From positions 1 through 64,000 of the forward strand of contig NIVC01000424.1 in NCBI GenBank assembly GCA_002269645.1: a DNA stretch of 64,000 nucleotides. Reading direction: 5' to 3'. The notes beneath the pieces were generated by a model, which saw nothing but the letters and a program-made list of their open reading frames with translations, did no database searches and was not told the DNA's origin. A program made the translations under genes and the position numbers. Positions within the stretch are counted from its first letter, which is position 1; each line of letters begins with the position of its first letter. Positions 62,366 through 64,000 of this stretch are shown piece after piece. This DNA comes from Macrostomum lignano (Eukaryota).

Positions 62366-62372
62366 TATAAAA
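62366..62372 (+). promoter_or_regulatory. Candidate TATA box of lectin copy D
   Basis: TATAAAA ~85 bp upstream of the ATG at 62452; positional inference only. Confidence 0.35.
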
Positions 62373-62451
62373 CGCTGTTGACTCAATCCTTCCACAATCA
62401 TTTCCACAACTCCGATTTCTAAGTTTTCCAAATAATTTTCAAACACCGACT

Positions 62452-63217
62452 ATGTCTGCTTTGAAATATCTTAACTTTGCATGCACTTTTCTAGCACTAG
62501 CGTCGCTCACACAGTCGGAACTGAGCTGCAACTCCAAGTTCCACCCCATCACTGGCTACCTGTGCATTCGCCGTGAGTTCGTCCGCACCATCGGCACCTG
62601 CACCAATCATGCCGGCTGCTCAATGCTGTGCGCCACAGACCGCCGCTGTCAGGCGTTCAGCCTGGCTGACGGTCCGTGCCAGCTGTTCGTGTTCGACAAG
62701 TGCAGCAAGTCGGTGAGGAACTGCGGCTGCTCCAGGAGAGGCCGCGTGTTTGTGAAGCAGCAGCCGGGACTCGAGGCGGGCGCGCTGTGTCCGTCTGGCT
62801 ACGGAGACGACCTGTGCGGAGTGAAGTACAAGCTGCTGAATCACTCTGGAACTTGGTGGCCAAGCAGAGAGAAGTGCGAGTCGGAGAGCGGTCTGGTGAT
62901 CATGGCTGATGTGGTTGATGCGACCGAGATGAGCCACGTAGATGAATTGTACAAGAAGCACAGCCTCGGCAAGTCGTTCATGGCTCGGCGGCTTTCAGAC
63001 TCCGGGAAGTTCAGAGCCGGCAGGAGGCTGGCACTGGGTCGCGTGCAACATCAGCGTCGATGATGGACTCTGGGCTTCTGTTGAGCCAAACAATCGTAAC
63101 AACGTTGAAAACTGCGTTGGCCGTTATCACGTGCGCCCAGGACTGAACGACATGGAAGAGAACAGTAAACGTCCACAGGGTGTCCTTTGCGAGTGCGTGT
63201 CCCCCTTTGTCATGTAA
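62452..63217 (+). pseudogene. PAN + C-type lectin copy D with a +1 frameshift (pseudogene or sequencing error)
   Basis: Mirror of copy C. An extra A at 62980 (TTC-A-TGG versus TTC TGG) splits it into ORFs 62452-63063 and 62942-63217; EPNNRNN motif. Confidence 0.85.
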
Positions 63218-63401
63218 TTCGATCAACGTACATTGCCTAAATATACATGTACGTAGTATTTTTCTCGGTGACTTTAAATGGTCATCTCTAGACAGGTCCG
63301 GAAGACCTCCCTGACCGGCCCCGCGCCTCTCATGCGGGCTTCTCAGAGATTAGCGGAATGGGCGACGCTCGCCTCCCCGCTGCCTCTTCAGATCGCCCTG
63401 C

Positions 63402-63497
63402 AGCTCTCACGAGCACCCAGGACTGAGGGACTTCAAAGAGAACAGTAAACTTCCACGGGGTGTCCTTTGTGAATGCGTGTCCCCTTTCGTCATATAG
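63402..63497 (+). pseudogene. Orphan variant 3' lectin cassette downstream of copy D
   Basis: Same frame and stop position as the last 32 codons of copy D, offset by 280 bp; ~81% nucleotide identity by hand alignment. Confidence 0.85.
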
Positions 63498-64000
63498 TTG
63501 TTAATCAACGTACGTACAACGTACAATACTGCTCTCACGCGACCCTAACTCAATATTCTAACTACATGCACACGAACCTGCTGCAGCCATCCAATAAATA
63601 AGCAATTTTCTACATGAAGTAGATTTGATGGAATACTTTACCAACCACACGGCACGACACGGATATTATAAAATGTATGCATAGAATTATTTTAAACAAA
63701 ATAAAAAACTCTAATAATCCACTTTGGAATCGAAATACGAAATTCTGCTTTTTAAAGAAGCATCGTGAATGCCTGTTCCTGAGAATGTGTTTTGGCGTTG
63801 CCTTGCTTATACATATATTTACTCACGCATGACGAATTAAACAAGTCAGCTTGTTTGCACCATGCGACTGGCTTACCCATTAACAGGTAGTCTACGTTAA
63901 GTTTTTTATAGAAAAGTCCATTAGCCATTAATTCATCGAAAAGCTGCATCGAAACTCTTGATGGTTGTATTCAACTGACTCCCGTTTTACAAAATGACTT

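Larger units (their letters stand above)
53054..64000. repeat. Right arm of the inverted duplication (runs to the window edge)
   Basis: Reverse complement of 41617-51238, plus insertions at ~56559-56816 and 58923-60200. Confidence 0.95.

Noticed and set aside
63121-63497. Diversity-generating retroelement-like arrangement: C-type lectin with variable 3' end, downstream template-like repeat, and RT genes nearby
   Set aside because: DGR mutagenesis is adenine-specific in the template. By hand only ~6 of ~18 mismatches have A in the downstream copy, and several are synonymous. Both RTs are ordinary degenerate non-LTR RTs.

Overview
This is intron-containing animal genomic DNA. GC-rich exons interleaved with many unrelated minisatellites resemble a free-living flatworm such as Macrostomum; that assignment is inference only. 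Left half (1-30 kb): the last exon of one alanine aminotransferase gene, a complete 4-exon tandem paralogue, a 3-exon PXYLP1-like histidine acid phosphatase, and a 2-exon LRR transmembrane receptor with a Toll-like ectodomain but no TIR domain. Most introns and intergenic gaps hold tandem arrays, MITEs or a tRNA-derived SINE. Right half (35-64 kb): four intronless secreted PAN/apple + C-type-lectin genes (A and C intact, B truncated, D frameshifted) with a near-constant N-terminal part and variable sugar-binding loops. C and D are each followed by an orphan in-frame variant copy of the ligand-binding 3' end. There are two non-LTR retrotransposon remnants, one starting with a 2A-like peptide. 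A ~10 kb + ~11 kb inverted duplication (41.6-51.2 kb / 53.1-64 kb) carries arm-specific transposon insertions and a dead mariner in its spacer; an N-gap at the turn means an assembly artefact cannot be excluded. The core of the duplication shows strong C->T decay at CpG and apparently also at CAG/CTG. The most promising leads are the lectin constant/variable cassette arrangement and this non-CpG hypermutation signature. All counts were made by eye.
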